From a virus (lineage: Duplodnaviria > Caudoviricetes): a stretch of DNA of 35,708 nucleotides. The number at the start of each line of letters is the position of its first letter. Position 1 is the stretch's first letter. Below the pieces are notes generated by a model that saw nothing but the letters and a program-made list of their open reading frames with translations, had not been told where the DNA came from and did no database searches. The translations under genes and the position numbers were made by a program. Below are positions 34,202 through 35,708 of this stretch, piece after piece. The DNA is taken from IMG/VR virus record IMGVR_UViG_3300020042_004433, positions 1 through 35,708 of that record, one strand, 5' to 3'.

Positions 34202-34964
34202 TGACTACCTCCACATCCCAGACTTTACCTTCTTTTCTAAGTAGTTGAAACTTGCTATTGCGGGGTAATAAAAACTCGTACTCGCTATTGAAGGCCCTGC
34301 CTGCATTTGGTAAAGTACTTCTTTTAGCAATGCTGTTCATAAATATACCTTTACTAGTTTTGGGCACGTTAATTCTTAAGACTATTCCTTGACTGCTTAC
34401 GCTATCTTCAAGACCTCCAAAGTGCGCAGCAATCCTAGGGTTCAAAGTAGTTGAAGCGAACGCTCCGTCGCTAAAGACATCTCCTTCTTCTAAATCTCCA
34501 AAAAAACCTTGAGCCGCTTCGGCTTGTTCTCGGTCAGAGTAACTAGTTTTTACTCCGCGGTAAACAATAACGTCTTCACCTAAAGAGGGTGCCATATCAA
34601 AGGCTTCATCAAAGACTCTTACCTCTTGCCGCAGACCTGAGTCTAAGTATCCTTCCCTTAAATGATCGTTTATTGCGTAGCCTGAACCTTGATATTCGGC
34701 AAAGACCGCTACTTGTTCTGGCGTCCATTCCGCCTCTTGGCTTTTTGATATTTTATCTTGTTCTTCTATGGTCGGTTTATTACTTTTATTATCGTACTCA
34801 TACATAAATGTTCCTAAATCTTGATACACGGGACCGAAGTCTTTACTACCTCTGCCACCTGCATGAGATTGTTGGTTATGGCGACCAGGAGCGTGCTTAC
34901 TTAAATCTTTTTTCTCGACTAAAGTAATATGCTCAGCCTTTAATATAAACGCTTGTAGTGCCAT
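34194..34964 (-). CDS. ADP-ribosyltransferase (VIP2/Alt-like) with KH-tag
   Basis: Y..IN..LR, VYRG, AFASTT and SEYEFLLPR; N-terminal KHAPGRHNQQSHAGG. Confidence 0.9.
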   Translation of the reverse strand: MALQAFILKAEHITLVEKKDLSKHAPGRHNQQSHAGGRGSKDFGPVYQDLGTFMYEYDNKSNKPTIEEQDKISKSQEAEWTPEQVAVFAEYQGSGYAINDHLREGYLDSGLRQEVRVFDEAFDMAPSLGEDVIVYRGVKTSYSDREQAEAAQGFFGDLEEGDVFSDGAFASTTLNPRIAAHFGGLEDSVSSQGIVLRINVPKTSKGIFMNSIAKRSTLPNAGRAFNSEYEFLLPRNSKFQLLRKEGKVWDVEVVNE

Positions 34965-35707
34965 TATGAAAGCCTATCAAACATATGAACGCCGCTTTCT
35001 ATGCCTGTGTATTTTAATTCCACATTTCTCGGTAGCAGCATTTCTAACTCAGACGCATAACTATCTGTATGAGTGTTCAAATATCCATTTACGAATAACC
35101 CTTGAGTAAAAGAGCCGCTGTTAATTTGCATCACGGCTTTAGGTTTATTATCATACGGGTTCAAGTTGGAAAGTTTATCGAGCATAAACTTGCCGTCAGG
35201 CGATGTTAAATCGCGTATGGTAGTTGAAGTGAAACCTTTATCTTTGAAAACTGTGCCGACAGATAACTTTTCTAACACATCTTTATCCATAACTCTATAC
35301 AATATGGCATTTTCTTCCATACGAGGTGCTTGGGATATGGCTCGGTCGATTAGTTCAGTTTTTCTTTCGACACTTCCTTTAGATTCTCTACCATATGACC
35401 ATTCTCTTACAACTTTTTGTTTATCCTTAACCGAACTTGCTCTTGCGTAAGCGTTTATCAAATCAGAATCTCCGTCTTGATACCCATTTACTGTTAACTC
35501 TTCTTCTTCCCAATCTTCGTTTTCCATCTTAACTCCGAAAGCGTAATCGTCTCCGTATTTCGGTTTTATAGAGTCAGAAGTTAGAAGGATTCCTTTAGAC
35601 CTTCCCCCTGCGTGGCTTTGCTGACTATGCTGACCTGCTAAATGTTTAGCAACATCTTTCTTTTTAATAATAGTTAAACCAATCGTTGATGAATACCCGA
35701 AGTACTC
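34964..35707 (-). CDS. ADP-ribosyltransferase (VIP2/Alt-like) with KH-tag; start lies just beyond the window
   Basis: The frame stays open 60 codons upstream of the track's ATG 35527: EYFGYSSTIGLTIIKKKDVAKHLAGQHSQQSHAGG...; catalytic LYR, GFTSTT and SELEMLLPR. Confidence 0.88.
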   Translation of the reverse strand, partial: EYFGYSSTIGLTIIKKKDVAKHLAGQHSQQSHAGGRSKGILLTSDSIKPKYGDDYAFGVKMENEDWEEEELTVNGYQDGDSDLINAYARASSVKDKQKVVREWSYGRESKGSVERKTELIDRAISQAPRMEENAILYRVMDKDVLEKLSVGTVFKDKGFTSTTIRDLTSPDGKFMLDKLSNLNPYDNKPKAVMQINSGSFTQGLFVNGYLNTHTDSYASELEMLLPRNVELKYTGIESGVHMFDRLS

Positions 35708-35708
35708 A

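Noticed and set aside
148-35450. The many plus-strand ORFs in the track (e.g. 5349-5990, 11233-11640, 16540-17013, 22612-23058)
   Set aside because: They are antisense shadows of well-supported minus-strand genes, with no evident RBS or recognisable motifs. Only 4652-4828 has expression signals.
34964-35527. Third ART apparently lacking the tag, or split from it
   Set aside because: The frame is open to the window end and includes the tag; the track's ATG is internal.
1-35708. tRNA genes, integrase/att sites, stop-codon reassignment
   Set aside because: I recognised no cloverleaf or integrase, and genes read intact with TAA, TAG and TGA all used as stops. A tRNAscan-SE run would be needed to exclude tRNAs formally.

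Overview
This window is part of a tailed (siphovirus-type) phage genome with almost all genes on the minus strand. The probable host is a low-GC freshwater Actinobacterium, inferred from the gene families, leaderless TANNNT promoters and a GC content of roughly 40% estimated by eye. In transcription order (right to left) it carries: (i) three VIP2/Alt-like ADP-ribosyltransferases, a zincin metallopeptidase and two further proteins, together carrying 8 copies of a K-H-x(2-4)-H-x-Q-x-x-H-[GA] tag and flanking an XkdF-type prohead protease; (ii) scaffold, cement and major capsid genes; (iii) a block of fibre/decoration-like genes; (iv) neck genes, a Com-like zinc finger overlapping a GTG-start gene, and a metallophosphoesterase; (v) two tail-tube paralogues, a frameshifting tail chaperone, tape measure and minor tail genes; (vi) a lysis region with holins, an HslV-like peptidase and a CHAP endolysin; (vii) Cro-like, replication-initiator and helicase-loader genes; (viii) a putative early region with a ~600-nt structured non-coding segment, a type II hammerhead ribozyme and a small pseudoknot. 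The best candidates for new biology are the tag-marked, probably virion-packaged effector array, the large k-turn-containing ncRNA candidate, and a com/mom-like translational switch with matching sites upstream of tail genes. All family assignments come from motif recognition only; no searches were run.
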